The notes: generated from the letters alone by a model not told the origin. DNA of 64,000 nucleotides from Bacteroidales bacterium (GCA_049975425.1 JBNGDI010000006.1:47263-111262); one strand, 5' to 3'; counted from the first letter of the stretch, positions 1 to 9,638 are shown. Made by a program: numbers and translations.

Positions 1-1
1 G

Positions 2-121
2 GATCCGGCGACCATCATGTCCTGTTCCGACAGGGAAGAATGGCGGGCCGTTCTCAGGAAGATGAAGGATAAGAAATACCGTCTCTGGGCTGATTTTCCC
101 GAAAATCCAACCAATAATTAA
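2..121 (+). CDS. 3-prime end of an unidentified CDS entering from upstream of the window (last ~39 codons)
   Basis: Frame 2 is open from the window edge (...ATIMSCSDREEWRAVLRKMKDKKYRLWADFPENPTNN) and ends with TAA at 119-121. The fragment is too short to assign a family. Its stop overlaps the stop of the convergent gmhB-like gene. Confidence 0.3.
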   Translation, partial: DPATIMSCSDREEWRAVLRKMKDKKYRLWADFPENPTNN

Positions 122-630
122 TCAGTTCGGCTGTTCTGAAAGCCAGACAGTATTTGTCCCACGATTTCAGTCAGGGGCTGATTGGGTTGTATTGTAATCG
201 GTTTAATCCCGGCTTTTATCGCTGCTTCTGCGTCCCTTTTATGATCACCGATGAAGTAAGAACGAACGGGATCTATATTGAAACGCGCCATGGCTTTTTC
301 CAGCATGAGGGTTCCCGGTTTCCTGCACAGGCATTTTTCCAGATCGGAATGGTGCGGGCAGTAATATATTTCGGTCAGCCGGATGTTTTTTGCCAAAAGT
401 TCCTTTTCCATAAACCGGTGTAGCCGGTCGACATCTGTCCGGCTGTACCTGCCTCTGGCAATACCTCCCTGATTGGAAATCACGATCAGCAGGTACCCGG
501 CTTCCTGAAACATTTGCAGGGCAGTAAACACTCCGTCATTGAAGCGGAAATCTTCTATCAGATAGGTATATTCCCCTCTTTCTTCATTGATTACCCCGTC
601 ACGGTCGAGAAATATGGCTTGCTGTTTCAT
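118..630 (-). CDS. gmhB: D,D-heptose 1,7-bisphosphate phosphatase (HAD-IIIA, GmhB-like)
   Basis: HAD motif I FLDRDGVIN. Also ISNQGG, the Zn-finger-like CPHH...C.CRKP and the motif IV GD..RD. The 170 aa size is typical. Confidence 0.8.
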   Translation of the reverse strand: MKQQAIFLDRDGVINEERGEYTYLIEDFRFNDGVFTALQMFQEAGYLLIVISNQGGIARGRYSRTDVDRLHRFMEKELLAKNIRLTEIYYCPHHSDLEKCLCRKPGTLMLEKAMARFNIDPVRSYFIGDHKRDAEAAIKAGIKPITIQPNQPLTEIVGQILSGFQNSRTD

Positions 631-1241
631 GGATGGAACAGGTGCTGAAAAAAGAAACTGATAAGCGAAGGTGCAATGATGGCCGGATATATAAATCCGG
701 TGAGGGCTCCCAGAAAATGTGCATCGTGGTTGATATGGTCGGAAGCACGACGGCTCATGATGTGCGAGTATACCAGATAGGCTATCCCGAAGACAATGCC
801 GGGAATGGGAATGAAATATAACAGCAGAGTTTGCCAGGGATCGAAGAAGATGCTGGTGAAAATAAATGCGGAAACGGCTCCCGATGCCCCCACTGAGTTG
901 TATGTTGGTTCATTCCGGTATTTTTTCAATGTGGTGACGGTAGCAATGGCCATCGACCCCACAAAGAGGATCAGATAGTGTATTTCAGGCCAGCGGATCA
1001 TTCCGGCTTCGGCCATTTGTTGAAAATAACTTTCTACAGCCGTGCCGAAGAAGAATAATACCATCATGTTGATTATTAAATGCATCCAGTCGGCATGGAT
1101 GAGCCCGTGTGTTAGAAAACGGTGGAATTCGCGGTAATGGATGACCCGGTAGGGATTAAACTGCATACGGTCAAACAGCTTTGGATTATAAAAAGCCAGA
1201 ATGGATATCACCGATATGATGGCAACCAGCAGAATGGTCAT
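627..1241 (-). CDS. rhomboid family intramembrane serine protease
   Basis: Multi-TM protein with a WMHLIINM (H..xN) motif, the catalytic GASGAVSA motif and a downstream HFLGALTG histidine motif. Overlaps gmhB by 4 nt. Confidence 0.85.
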   Translation of the reverse strand: MTILLVAIISVISILAFYNPKLFDRMQFNPYRVIHYREFHRFLTHGLIHADWMHLIINMMVLFFFGTAVESYFQQMAEAGMIRWPEIHYLILFVGSMAIATVTTLKKYRNEPTYNSVGASGAVSAFIFTSIFFDPWQTLLLYFIPIPGIVFGIAYLVYSHIMSRRASDHINHDAHFLGALTGFIYPAIIAPSLISFFFQHLFHP

Positions 1242-1248
1242 AATGAAT

Positions 1249-2265
1249 TTAATGTAATATTTTATAGATCAACTCTTTTAGCAGGTCTCCCTCTTCGGTG
1301 GACACCGGAATAAATCCCTTTGATTTCACATCGTATTCGCGCAGTAAGCTGATAATCTGCTTCAATTTTTCCGCACTGTAGTTTCTGGCGGCCGTTTCGT
1401 ATTGTTTAAGGAAAAAAGGATGAACCCCCAGCACCCGGGCAGCCTGATCTCTTGATTTATTGGGAAGATAATGGTAGACAAGGGCTTTGCTGAAAAAGTA
1501 GTAAATGGCCGACAGGGTAACGGTGAAGGGATTGTTATTCGGATCGTTCCCGAAATGCTTTACAATCCGGTTCGATTTCAGGATATCTTTTCTGGCCAGT
1601 GCATTGGCCAGTTCAAAGTTATTGTATTCCTTGCTGATGCCTATATACTCTTCAATATGTGATGTCGTAACGGTATTTTCAGTTTCCGGAAGAACGATCA
1701 TCAGTTTGTCCAGTTCACCTGCAATCCGGTTCAGGTCGCTTCCCAGGTGTTCGGTCAGGAGCATTCCCACCCCGGGATTCATGGAATACCCTTTGCTTTT
1801 TAAATAATTTTCGATCCACAGGGGGATTTTGTTTTCATACAATTTATTTGATTCAAAATATATTCCGGTATTATTCAGAGCCTGACGGACATTATGCTCT
1901 TTTTTGAGGATTTTGTATTTATAATTGATTACCAGAATGGTTGATTTCATGGGGGCATTGAAATAATGTTCAAAAGCCTCAAGTGACGGCAGATCCTGTG
2001 CCTCCTTGACAATGACCACCATGTGACTGGACATCATGGGGAATCTGCGGGAAAGGTCAACAATTTGATGGGCGGTGGTATCCTTTCCATACAAAATTAT
2101 CTGGTTAAACGACCGGGCTTCTTCAGGAAGCGCATGAGATGCAATGTATTCTGTAATCCTGTCAATAAAATAAGGTTCTTCACCAGCCAGAAAATAAACG
2201 GGCCTGTAGACCTTGTTTTTCAGATCTTTGATGATCTGTTTATAGTGTTCATAGGACGTTCCCAT
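1249..2265 (-). CDS. holA: DNA polymerase III subunit delta
   Basis: 338 aa with an N-terminal YFLAGEEPYFID-type clamp-loader delta signature and overall delta-like helical C-terminal domains. Confidence 0.8.
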   Translation of the reverse strand: MGTSYEHYKQIIKDLKNKVYRPVYFLAGEEPYFIDRITEYIASHALPEEARSFNQIILYGKDTTAHQIVDLSRRFPMMSSHMVVIVKEAQDLPSLEAFEHYFNAPMKSTILVINYKYKILKKEHNVRQALNNTGIYFESNKLYENKIPLWIENYLKSKGYSMNPGVGMLLTEHLGSDLNRIAGELDKLMIVLPETENTVTTSHIEEYIGISKEYNNFELANALARKDILKSNRIVKHFGNDPNNNPFTVTLSAIYYFFSKALVYHYLPNKSRDQAARVLGVHPFFLKQYETAARNYSAEKLKQIISLLREYDVKSKGFIPVSTEEGDLLKELIYKILH

Positions 2266-2269
2266 AAGT

Positions 2270-3040
2270 TCAGAATCTGAGGTGTTTTACCGACATGCCT
2301 TCGTTTTTAATTTCAAGCAGGGCATCAATGCCGATTTTCAGGTGTATCTCGGTAAATTTCCCGGTAACCAGTTTGTCGCTTTGCTGGGTTTTTATGCCGG
2401 CGCTGATCATGGGCTGATCGGAAACGAGCAGCAGGGCGCCTGAAGGAATTTCATTGGCAAATCCCACCGTAAAAATGGTGGCGGTTTCCATATCGATGGC
2501 CATGCACCGGGTTTTTCGGAGGTATTTTTTGAATTTCTGGTCATATTCCCATACCCGGCGGTTTGTGGTGTATACTGTTCCTGTCCAGTAATCACGCTGG
2601 TGGTTTCGGATGCTGGTTGAGACGGCTCTTTGCAGGCTAAATGCGGGAAGAGCCGGGACTTCCGGTGGCAGATAATCGTTTGAGGTTCCTTCCCCACGAA
2701 TGGCTGCGATGGGCAGTATAAAATCCCCCAGCTGATTTTTCTTCTTCAACCCCCCGCATTTGCCAAGAAACAGAACTGCCTGTGGTTGCACCGCTCCCAG
2801 CAGGTCCATAATGGTAGCGGCGTTGGCACTTCCCATTCCGAAATGGATCATGGTAATTCCATTTCCGGTTAGGGCTGGCATGTTCACGGTTTTGTCGGGA
2901 ATGGACAAATTGTGGATATCTGCAAATATTTCTATATAATTCATGAAATTGGTCAGCAGGATGTATTTCCCGAAATTTTCAACAGGAATACCTGTATATC
3001 GCGGAAGCCAGTCCCTGACGATTTCGGCTTTTGTTTTCAT
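2270..3040 (-). CDS. amn: AMP nucleosidase (short form, PNP/UDP phosphorylase fold)
   Basis: Colinear with the catalytic domain of Amn: HFGMGSANAATIMDLL, GKCGGL, RGEGTS, AIDMETATI, LLLVSDQP. Confidence 0.8.
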   Translation of the reverse strand: MKTKAEIVRDWLPRYTGIPVENFGKYILLTNFMNYIEIFADIHNLSIPDKTVNMPALTGNGITMIHFGMGSANAATIMDLLGAVQPQAVLFLGKCGGLKKKNQLGDFILPIAAIRGEGTSNDYLPPEVPALPAFSLQRAVSTSIRNHQRDYWTGTVYTTNRRVWEYDQKFKKYLRKTRCMAIDMETATIFTVGFANEIPSGALLLVSDQPMISAGIKTQQSDKLVTGKFTEIHLKIGIDALLEIKNEGMSVKHLRF

Positions 3041-3094
3041 AGTTTATTCTTCAATCTTCTTTTTACCTTTGTTCCTGTATAATCAACTCACTTT

Positions 3095-3556
3095 GTGGAG
3101 CGGCTAAATTTACCAACTTATTCCTTCAATATAAAATCAAAAGAAGGGAGGGATTACATCTTTGACCCCATAAGGAAGAAGTATGTGGTGCTGACTCCCG
3201 AGGAATGGGTGCGGCAGCATTTTGTCAGTTACATGATCAGGGAGAAAAATTATCCTGCCGCGCTCACCCGGGTAGAGATGTATCTGGAAGTTAACCGAAT
3301 GGGCAAACGGTGTGATGTTGTTTTTTTCGACAGAAAAGGTACTCCCCGGATGATTGTGGAATGCAAGGCCCCGGAAGTCAGGATCAGCCAGAAAACCTTT
3401 GACCAGGTAGCTGCTTATAATCTGAAATTAAAGGTAGATTACCTGGTGGTTACCAACGGATTGAAGCATTATGCCTGTGCCATGGATTACCGGACGAACA
3501 GCTATCATTTTCTGAAAGAAATACCCGATTATCATTCTCTTAAGACGAGGGATTGA
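3095..3556 (+). CDS. type I restriction enzyme HsdR N-terminal domain-like protein (stand-alone PD-(D/E)xK fold)
   Basis: 153 aa with a GTG start. Contains D(VVFF)...IVECK, a PD-(D/E)xK-like motif, and WVRQHF. No HsdM, HsdS or helicase gene is nearby. Confidence 0.6.
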   Translation: MERLNLPTYSFNIKSKEGRDYIFDPIRKKYVVLTPEEWVRQHFVSYMIREKNYPAALTRVEMYLEVNRMGKRCDVVFFDRKGTPRMIVECKAPEVRISQKTFDQVAAYNLKLKVDYLVVTNGLKHYACAMDYRTNSYHFLKEIPDYHSLKTRD

Positions 3557-4076
3557 TGCATTGCAGCATCCACTCGCCGGAAAAACCATTCCCATTGAAC
3601 AACCATTCTTTTTTTTCGCCGATAACGGTGAATCCGTTTCCGGTGAACAAACGCAGGCTGGCCTGGTTGTCAGTGGCGATATGGCAGTAAAGCTGATGGA
3701 GTTTCAGGTGCCCGAAACAGTATTCCTTGAACAATTGGAGAGCTTCGGAAGCATATCCCTTGTTCCGGTGGTTTTCGTTATGTATCAGAATGCCCACCCC
3801 GCCCCGCTTGTGGTAGGGGTCGAAATCGAACAGATCGATCGCTCCCAGCGGATGATTGTCATTCTTTCGAATGATCATCAGTCTGAATTGCCTGGTGGTA
3901 TACAGGTCGTTGGTGGATTGTTTGATGAACTGTTTCAGGGTAAATTTTGAAAAGGGGATGAGGGTCTGGCTTACCTTCCAGTGACGGGGATCATTTTCCC
4001 ACAGGTACAGTACTTCCAGGTCTTCGGGCTCCATGGCCCTGAGCCTGATTCGTTTATTTTCCAGAAGAGTATTCAT
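3540..4076 (-). CDS. GNAT family N-acetyltransferase (RimJ/RimL-like)
   Basis: 178 aa with an acetyl-CoA binding region (RNKGYASEAL) and a typical RimJ-like N-terminus (LRAMEPEDLE). Confidence 0.8.
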   Translation of the reverse strand: MNTLLENKRIRLRAMEPEDLEVLYLWENDPRHWKVSQTLIPFSKFTLKQFIKQSTNDLYTTRQFRLMIIRKNDNHPLGAIDLFDFDPYHKRGGVGILIHNENHRNKGYASEALQLFKEYCFGHLKLHQLYCHIATDNQASLRLFTGNGFTVIGEKKEWLFNGNGFSGEWMLQCINPSS

Positions 4077-4122
4077 GAAATGCAGCGATCGTTTTACTGA
4101 CGCACCCCTGCCGGGGATTGGG

Positions 4123-6045
4123 TTATTCCGTATCCCGGTAAACCTTTTTCACCCATAGATCTTCATGATAGCCTTCATCAACCAGTTGCTGTCTTACTTT
4201 TTCCGCTTCTTCTATGGTGTCAAATTCGCCGTAGGTATACCGGTAAAAGCCGTCTTTTCCCAGAATGACCCGTACATTTTCAAGAGGGGCGAAATAGGAA
4301 ACATCCACCGGCCTGACTTTCAATGCCATTAACTGAATGGTATAATACAACACGTCCCTTTCCTGATCGATGGTTTCCAGGTCCTGGATGTCAAGGTCTG
4401 TAATGACCATTGCCGAATCGAGCGGCCTGGCCTGGCTGATATCGATGCTGTCTTTCAGCCACATTTGCCTGACGGGTTTTACGGAAGGTTCTGCAGGGGT
4501 CAGTTCCACATCAATAACAAATTCCGATTTTCTGGCATATTCATCGATCCGTATTTCTTCCTGGTGGGGAAGGTATCCGTTTCCGGTATAAATCAGGTAA
4601 TAATTGCCCGATTTGGTGATGAAAGAGTATTGTCCCGATTGCCGGTTCGGGAATCCCACATCAACCGTATCTGTCAATTCCCTGTCGATCATGATGATCT
4701 GAAAATCCCTGCCGAACTCCCGGGTGGTGTCTGCCAGTGACAATTGTCCCCTGATTGTGAAGTCACGGGTAGTTCCTGCAGGAAGTATCTCAATTCGGTA
4801 CAGGTTCATTTCCTTGTAACCGTCAAGCATGGAAATATAGGCGGCTTTGCCATTTTGCACCGGATTGAAAAACAGGTCATCGTCGGTTGTATTCAGGGGA
4901 TATCCTATATTCACGGGTTTGCTCCATGATCCATCAGGCATTCGCTGAGAGTAGAAAAAGTCGTATCCACCCATATTGTAATGGCCTTCCGAGGAAAAAT
5001 ACAGCAGTGAATCATTTTCTGTAATAAAGGGATAATTCTCATTGAAGGGGGTATTGATATTATTTCCTATATTTTCCGCAGGGCCCCAGTTACCGCGTTT
5101 GTCCTTTTTCGAGAAATATATGTCCAGTTCTCCCGTTCCCCCTGCCCGGTTGCTGGTAAAATACAGAGTATTCCCGTCGCTTGAGACACAGGCATGCGAT
5201 TCGTAATAACGGGTGTTGATGTTCCGGTTCAGCTTCCGGGCCCGGGTCCATTCTCCATCGTTTTTAAAGCTGACATAAATATTCCCGTCTTCCATATCGG
5301 ATTTATACAGATACAGTTCAGCTCCGTCAAATGACAAGGAGGAGGACGTTCCGTCCCGGTCTGAATGGACCTGCCGGGTGATATCTTCTGCCGAACTCCA
5401 TACCCCGCCGGTGGCACGGGTGGTTTGATAAAGGACATCCTCTTCCCCGTACTTGGCAGTAAATATCAGGGTATTTTCATTACCCGATATGGCCGGATGA
5501 ATATTCAGGGACACCACATTGACCTGGCTCCCCAGATTTTGGGGAATATAACTGACAGGATTCTTTTTCAGCTCTTTTGCTATTTCACATGCCCTGATCT
5601 GTTGGTTAATAAATTCATCATTTTCCATGGGATTGTTCTGCCTGATCAGTTCCCTGAAGTGCTGGTACGTGGCGATGGCTTTGTCGAGTTGATTGCTGAT
5701 CCTGTAGGCATTGCCCAGATAGAAATAAGCATCGAGCGGGGCACGGGTTTCGGCAGGAAGATGATCCCGGGCATCGTAAGAGGCATTTTTCACTGCTTTT
5801 TCGAGGTATGGAATGGCCTTTTCTTTTTCGTTGGGAATATGCAGGTAACATACCCCGATTTTGTACAGGATATTGGCGTTATCATCATCTTCCAGCAGAA
5901 GATAAAGCAATATGGCATCTTCATATTCCCGGTAAAGGTAATGTGATTCGGCTTCGACGAAAATCTCACGCATTTCAGACCTTGTCTGGCCTGTGATGTT
6001 ACCCGACAGAAATAAGCAGCACAGAATTATCAGGCTTTTATGCAT
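4123..6045 (-). CDS. envelope protein: signal peptide, TPR, PD40/TolB-like beta-propeller, CRD-like beta-sandwich, C-terminal SPOR domain (array member 5 of 5)
   Basis: Shares the array motifs YKIGVCYLHIPNEKEKAIPYLEKA, APLDAYFYLGNAYRISNQLDKA, IRACEIAK, LYFTSNRAGGTGELDIY, INTPFNENYPF...LYFSSEGHYNMGGYDFF and GYPLNTTDDD. The last 74 aa (YYTIQLMALK...FYRYTYGEFDTIEEAEKVRQQL) look like a SPOR domain. Confidence 0.75.
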   Translation of the reverse strand: MHKSLIILCCLFLSGNITGQTRSEMREIFVEAESHYLYREYEDAILLYLLLEDDDNANILYKIGVCYLHIPNEKEKAIPYLEKAVKNASYDARDHLPAETRAPLDAYFYLGNAYRISNQLDKAIATYQHFRELIRQNNPMENDEFINQQIRACEIAKELKKNPVSYIPQNLGSQVNVVSLNIHPAISGNENTLIFTAKYGEEDVLYQTTRATGGVWSSAEDITRQVHSDRDGTSSSLSFDGAELYLYKSDMEDGNIYVSFKNDGEWTRARKLNRNINTRYYESHACVSSDGNTLYFTSNRAGGTGELDIYFSKKDKRGNWGPAENIGNNINTPFNENYPFITENDSLLYFSSEGHYNMGGYDFFYSQRMPDGSWSKPVNIGYPLNTTDDDLFFNPVQNGKAAYISMLDGYKEMNLYRIEILPAGTTRDFTIRGQLSLADTTREFGRDFQIIMIDRELTDTVDVGFPNRQSGQYSFITKSGNYYLIYTGNGYLPHQEEIRIDEYARKSEFVIDVELTPAEPSVKPVRQMWLKDSIDISQARPLDSAMVITDLDIQDLETIDQERDVLYYTIQLMALKVRPVDVSYFAPLENVRVILGKDGFYRYTYGEFDTIEEAEKVRQQLVDEGYHEDLWVKKVYRDTE

Positions 6046-6083
6046 GAGGCAGGGGCTATTAACATACTGACAAATCTAAAAAT

Positions 6084-7553
6084 TCAATTGTGTTTTTCAA
6101 TAAGTACTTTCAGATTTTTGCTATTTGATTTGTAGTTAATTTTCTTTGAATCAGGATCAAAAAGAAATTCAGTCAGTATTTCTTCCGTATTTCGGTCGAT
6201 CAGTTTGATAATGAAGGGTGTTTCACAATTCCAGTCTGCATCCAGTTCTCCTGAAACAGGCATTGTGCCGGAGGTTTCTTCCGGGATAATTTCTATGCGG
6301 TAAATATCCTGTTGTCCGAACCCTTCCGGCATATTTCTGGAAAGATACACGAACTTCCCATTCCTTACGGGATAGAAAAAGGTTTCATCGGAAGTGGTAT
6401 TAACAGGGTATCCGATATTTATCGGATCTTGCCATTGCCCTGACGGGCCTCTGGTGGAATAAAAAATATCGTATCCCCCCATGTTGTAATGTCCCTCCGA
6501 TGAAAAATACAGTGTGTTCCCGTCTTCTGACAGATGTGGACTGGCCTCGTTGAAGGGGGTATTTATCACATCTCCCAGATTTTCCGGTTCCGACCATTGT
6601 CCGGACTGGTCAAGTACTGAGCGGTAAATGTCGAATTCGCCCATTCCTCCCCTCCGGTTACTTGAAAAATAAAGGGTTTTTTCATCGTCTGACAGGGAAG
6701 CAAAGGATTCAGCCCGGTTCGAATTAACCGGACCCGGAAAAGGTTCCATTCTGGACCAGGATCCGGCGCTATAAGTGCTGATGTAGATATCACGTTTATT
6801 CCCTGTGCCTTTTATGAGCAGCAATTTTTCCCCATTCGGTGAAATCCATACCGGGATGGCATCCCCGTCCGATTCCACCTGGGGGGTAATATTAACGGGT
6901 TCAGTCCAGATGCCGGCCAGTTTTTTACTCATGAAGAGGGCATTATAGAACTTTAAATCAGTCATGTATACCAGCGTCTGTTCATTGGAAGATATAACTG
7001 GTTGGTAATTGTCAGAGGCATCATTGACAGGCGACCCCAGGTTTACGATGTTCACATTCAGGGGAATATCCTTTATGATTTTTGCTATTTCGCAGGCACG
7101 GATTTCGTTCTCCACGATACGGATATTGTAATTCCTGTCAAAGCCCGGAACTTCCCTGAAAGCATAAAAAGCTTCCAGGGCTTTTTCCAGTTCGTTGTTG
7201 ATCCTGTATGCCCTGCCCAGGTAAAACCAGGTATGGTAGGGGGCTTTTGTTTCTTTTGTGGATCTTGCCGAGTATTTTCCTGTAAGATTCTCGATTGCTT
7301 TCTCAAAATAGGGGATGGCTTTGTGTTCTTCTCCGGGAATGTGCAGATAACACATTCCGATCCTGAAATGCACATTGGCATTGAAATAGGGTGTATCTTC
7401 TAGCCGCAGCAGATAATAGATAGCTTCTTCATAATCTTCTTCCTGGAAAAAGAAGAACCCGTTATCAAGCAATTCTTCCGGGCTCTGATCAACCTGTGCC
7501 ATGGCAGGAGTGCAGAATAACAGTAAACTAAAAAGAAAAAAGACGTTTCTCAT
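6084..7553 (-). CDS. envelope protein: signal peptide, TPR, PD40/TolB-like beta-propeller, short beta-rich tail with no recognisable anchor domain (array member 4 of 5)
   Basis: Start moved to the internal Met (MRNVFFLFSLLLFCTPAMAQ signal peptide; cat at 7551-7553). Motifs FRIGMCYLHIPGEEHKAIPYFEKA, APYHTWFYLGRAYRINNELEKA, IRACEIAK, LYFSSNRRGGMGEFDIY, INTPFNEASPH...LYFSSEGHYNMGGYDIF and GYPVNTTSDE. Confidence 0.75.
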   Translation of the reverse strand: MRNVFFLFSLLLFCTPAMAQVDQSPEELLDNGFFFFQEEDYEEAIYYLLRLEDTPYFNANVHFRIGMCYLHIPGEEHKAIPYFEKAIENLTGKYSARSTKETKAPYHTWFYLGRAYRINNELEKALEAFYAFREVPGFDRNYNIRIVENEIRACEIAKIIKDIPLNVNIVNLGSPVNDASDNYQPVISSNEQTLVYMTDLKFYNALFMSKKLAGIWTEPVNITPQVESDGDAIPVWISPNGEKLLLIKGTGNKRDIYISTYSAGSWSRMEPFPGPVNSNRAESFASLSDDEKTLYFSSNRRGGMGEFDIYRSVLDQSGQWSEPENLGDVINTPFNEASPHLSEDGNTLYFSSEGHYNMGGYDIFYSTRGPSGQWQDPINIGYPVNTTSDETFFYPVRNGKFVYLSRNMPEGFGQQDIYRIEIIPEETSGTMPVSGELDADWNCETPFIIKLIDRNTEEILTEFLFDPDSKKINYKSNSKNLKVLIEKHN

Positions 7554-7673
7554 TTGAAGTAATTTTAGCCAGCCACTTGAACAGAAAAGAAAGATAATAA
7601 AAAAAACTTGTATTACGAACCCTGATAAACACAGATTGGGGTGCACTGATCAGCCCGGCGGGAATATTGTTAC

Positions 7674-9638
7674 CTAAACGACAGGTTTTTCCGTTTGAAT
7701 AAAGGGGTATTTATTTTCCGGAACGGCAAAATCCACTCTTCGGTTGAATTTCCTTCCTTCCGGGTTGTCCGATCCGTCGGGCAGGTGGTTTGGAGCAATG
7801 GGGCAGCTTTCTCCGAGCGCCCTGATTACCAGTCTGTTTTGCGGAACACCCTGCTTTACCAGGTAGTTTTTAACCGACTGTGCCCGGCGTTCCGACAGGC
7901 GTAAATTGTAACCTTCCGTACCAATGGCATCGGTATGGCCCCGGATTTCAATTTTTAAATCTGGAAATTGTTCCAGTATTGTGGCCAGCTCTCTGAGGGC
8001 GCTTTCCGATGAAGGGAGCGGATCAGATCTGTCGAAACCGAAATAAATATTTCTGAGTGTAACGATTTCGCTGATTTTTTTCCTGGCGGAAATACTGAGG
8101 GAATGGCTGTCTTCCCTGTCGGTGATATGAAACCGTTGAGTTAATGTTTCTAAACTGCTGTCCTGCAGGGTCACTTCATATATGCCCGGGGGGAGGGGGA
8201 ATTTAAAATGGCCTGTACTATCCGTTGTTACCAGAAGGGTGTCACCTTTTTCCACGCTGGTCAGTGTCAGGGTGGTTTCAAGCGGGGAAACCCTGCCGGT
8301 GTGGCCGGTAACATTTACATTCCCTGAAACCATAACCTGAGCAGGTTGAATTGCCCGGGGCGGCATGAACCATGCTAACTGGCTCGTTCCGGGTTCTTTG
8401 TGCCTTGTCAGAATAAAATCAGCATCACCGGGGGCAGGAGAGAAGGCCCGGTCGTTCAGGGTTGAATTGACAGGATACCCGGGGTTTTGCGGAACCGTCC
8501 ATGTATTTCCGGATCTGACGGAACGGACAATATCAAGCCCGCCCATGGTTACATGCCCATCGGAAGCAAAAAAAAGAGTATCGGGATGCTTCACGTAAGG
8601 CGAGGTTTCGTCGTAGGGTGTGTTGATCTGATTATCCAGCAATTGCAGGCCGGTAACCGCAAATTCTTCATTCAGCTGCGCTGCGTACAGATCCAATCCT
8701 CCGTATCCCCCCGGTCTGTCGCTGGAGAAATACAGGGTGTTTTCGTCATCTGTCAGGAATGCGGCAGTTTCATTCCACCGTGTATTCACCCCCTCGAGAG
8801 GTCTGGCAGGTCTCCAGCGCCCCTCTTTATACCTGGAATAATACAGGTCGTACTGCTCATCCTGTTTTCTGGACAGGAAAAGCACCTTTCCGTTTCCTGA
8901 AAGGGATACACATTCAAAATAACCGTCAGATTCAATGGAAGCAGTGATGTTCCGGGGTTCATACCAGCGGCCGTTGTATTTTTCCGAAAGCATCACAGCC
9001 CGGTAATAATCCTTCCGTTGCATAAATGCCAGTGCCGAACCATCGGGCGCCAGACAGGGATTATAAACATAGATGCCGGTATTGATTACGGGGACTTCAA
9101 CAGGAGGTTCAGAAACCGGAGCAGAAAAAAATCTTTTTGCGGTTTCACACATTATTATCTGTCGTTCGGCTTCCTTTGATTCTGGATCACCCTGTCCGAA
9201 CCATTTCCGGTATCTGGCAAAATGTTCCAGGGCGGCATCGAGATCTCCGTTAATCCTGCAGGCTATCCCCAGATACAGAAATGTCTCGCGCGGTGCTGAC
9301 ATTTCTCTGTGGGAGTCATCCCTGTAACGTTTTTTTACACGGTTTGTAGCCTTTTCAAGATAAGGAACGGCCAGGGATTCGTAACCCGGAATGTGTAGGA
9401 GGCACATCCCGGTTTTATAATTCAGGTTGGAATTATCGGGATACTTCTCAACCAGCCCGGTAAAATAGGGTAAGGCCATTTCATATTCTTCGTAGAGGTA
9501 ATGAAAATTCCCATCATAGAAGGTTTTCTGGTAATCCTTACCTGACTGTGCTGTTGCAAATGACCAGGCAAGGAGGAGGATGACTCCGGTCATTTTCAAC
9601 CCGGGTGCTTTTTTAAACATTTCTTTGCAACAGTTCAT
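7674..9638 (-). CDS. PorE-like envelope protein: signal peptide, TPR, PD40 beta-propeller, CRD-like domain, OmpA_C peptidoglycan-binding domain (array member 3 of 5)
   Basis: Motifs YKTGMCLLHIPGYESLAVPYLEKA, APRETFLYLGIACRINGDLDAA, LYFSSDRPGGYGGLDLY and GYPVNS. CRD-like segment GHFKFPLPPGIYEV. C-terminal OmpA_C: IYFGFDRSD...IRGHTDAIGTEGYNLRLSERRAQSV. The start may be the Met at 9620. Confidence 0.8.
   Translation of the reverse strand: MNCCKEMFKKAPGLKMTGVILLLAWSFATAQSGKDYQKTFYDGNFHYLYEEYEMALPYFTGLVEKYPDNSNLNYKTGMCLLHIPGYESLAVPYLEKATNRVKKRYRDDSHREMSAPRETFLYLGIACRINGDLDAALEHFARYRKWFGQGDPESKEAERQIIMCETAKRFFSAPVSEPPVEVPVINTGIYVYNPCLAPDGSALAFMQRKDYYRAVMLSEKYNGRWYEPRNITASIESDGYFECVSLSGNGKVLFLSRKQDEQYDLYYSRYKEGRWRPARPLEGVNTRWNETAAFLTDDENTLYFSSDRPGGYGGLDLYAAQLNEEFAVTGLQLLDNQINTPYDETSPYVKHPDTLFFASDGHVTMGGLDIVRSVRSGNTWTVPQNPGYPVNSTLNDRAFSPAPGDADFILTRHKEPGTSQLAWFMPPRAIQPAQVMVSGNVNVTGHTGRVSPLETTLTLTSVEKGDTLLVTTDSTGHFKFPLPPGIYEVTLQDSSLETLTQRFHITDREDSHSLSISARKKISEIVTLRNIYFGFDRSDPLPSSESALRELATILEQFPDLKIEIRGHTDAIGTEGYNLRLSERRAQSVKNYLVKQGVPQNRLVIRALGESCPIAPNHLPDGSDNPEGRKFNRRVDFAVPENKYPFIQTEKPVV

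Noticed and set aside
1-6. GGATCC (BamHI site) at the very start of the window, possibly a cloning junction
   Set aside because: A single 6-mer at a window edge is expected by chance. No vector-like sequence adjoins it, and the flanking frame reads as a normal CDS end.
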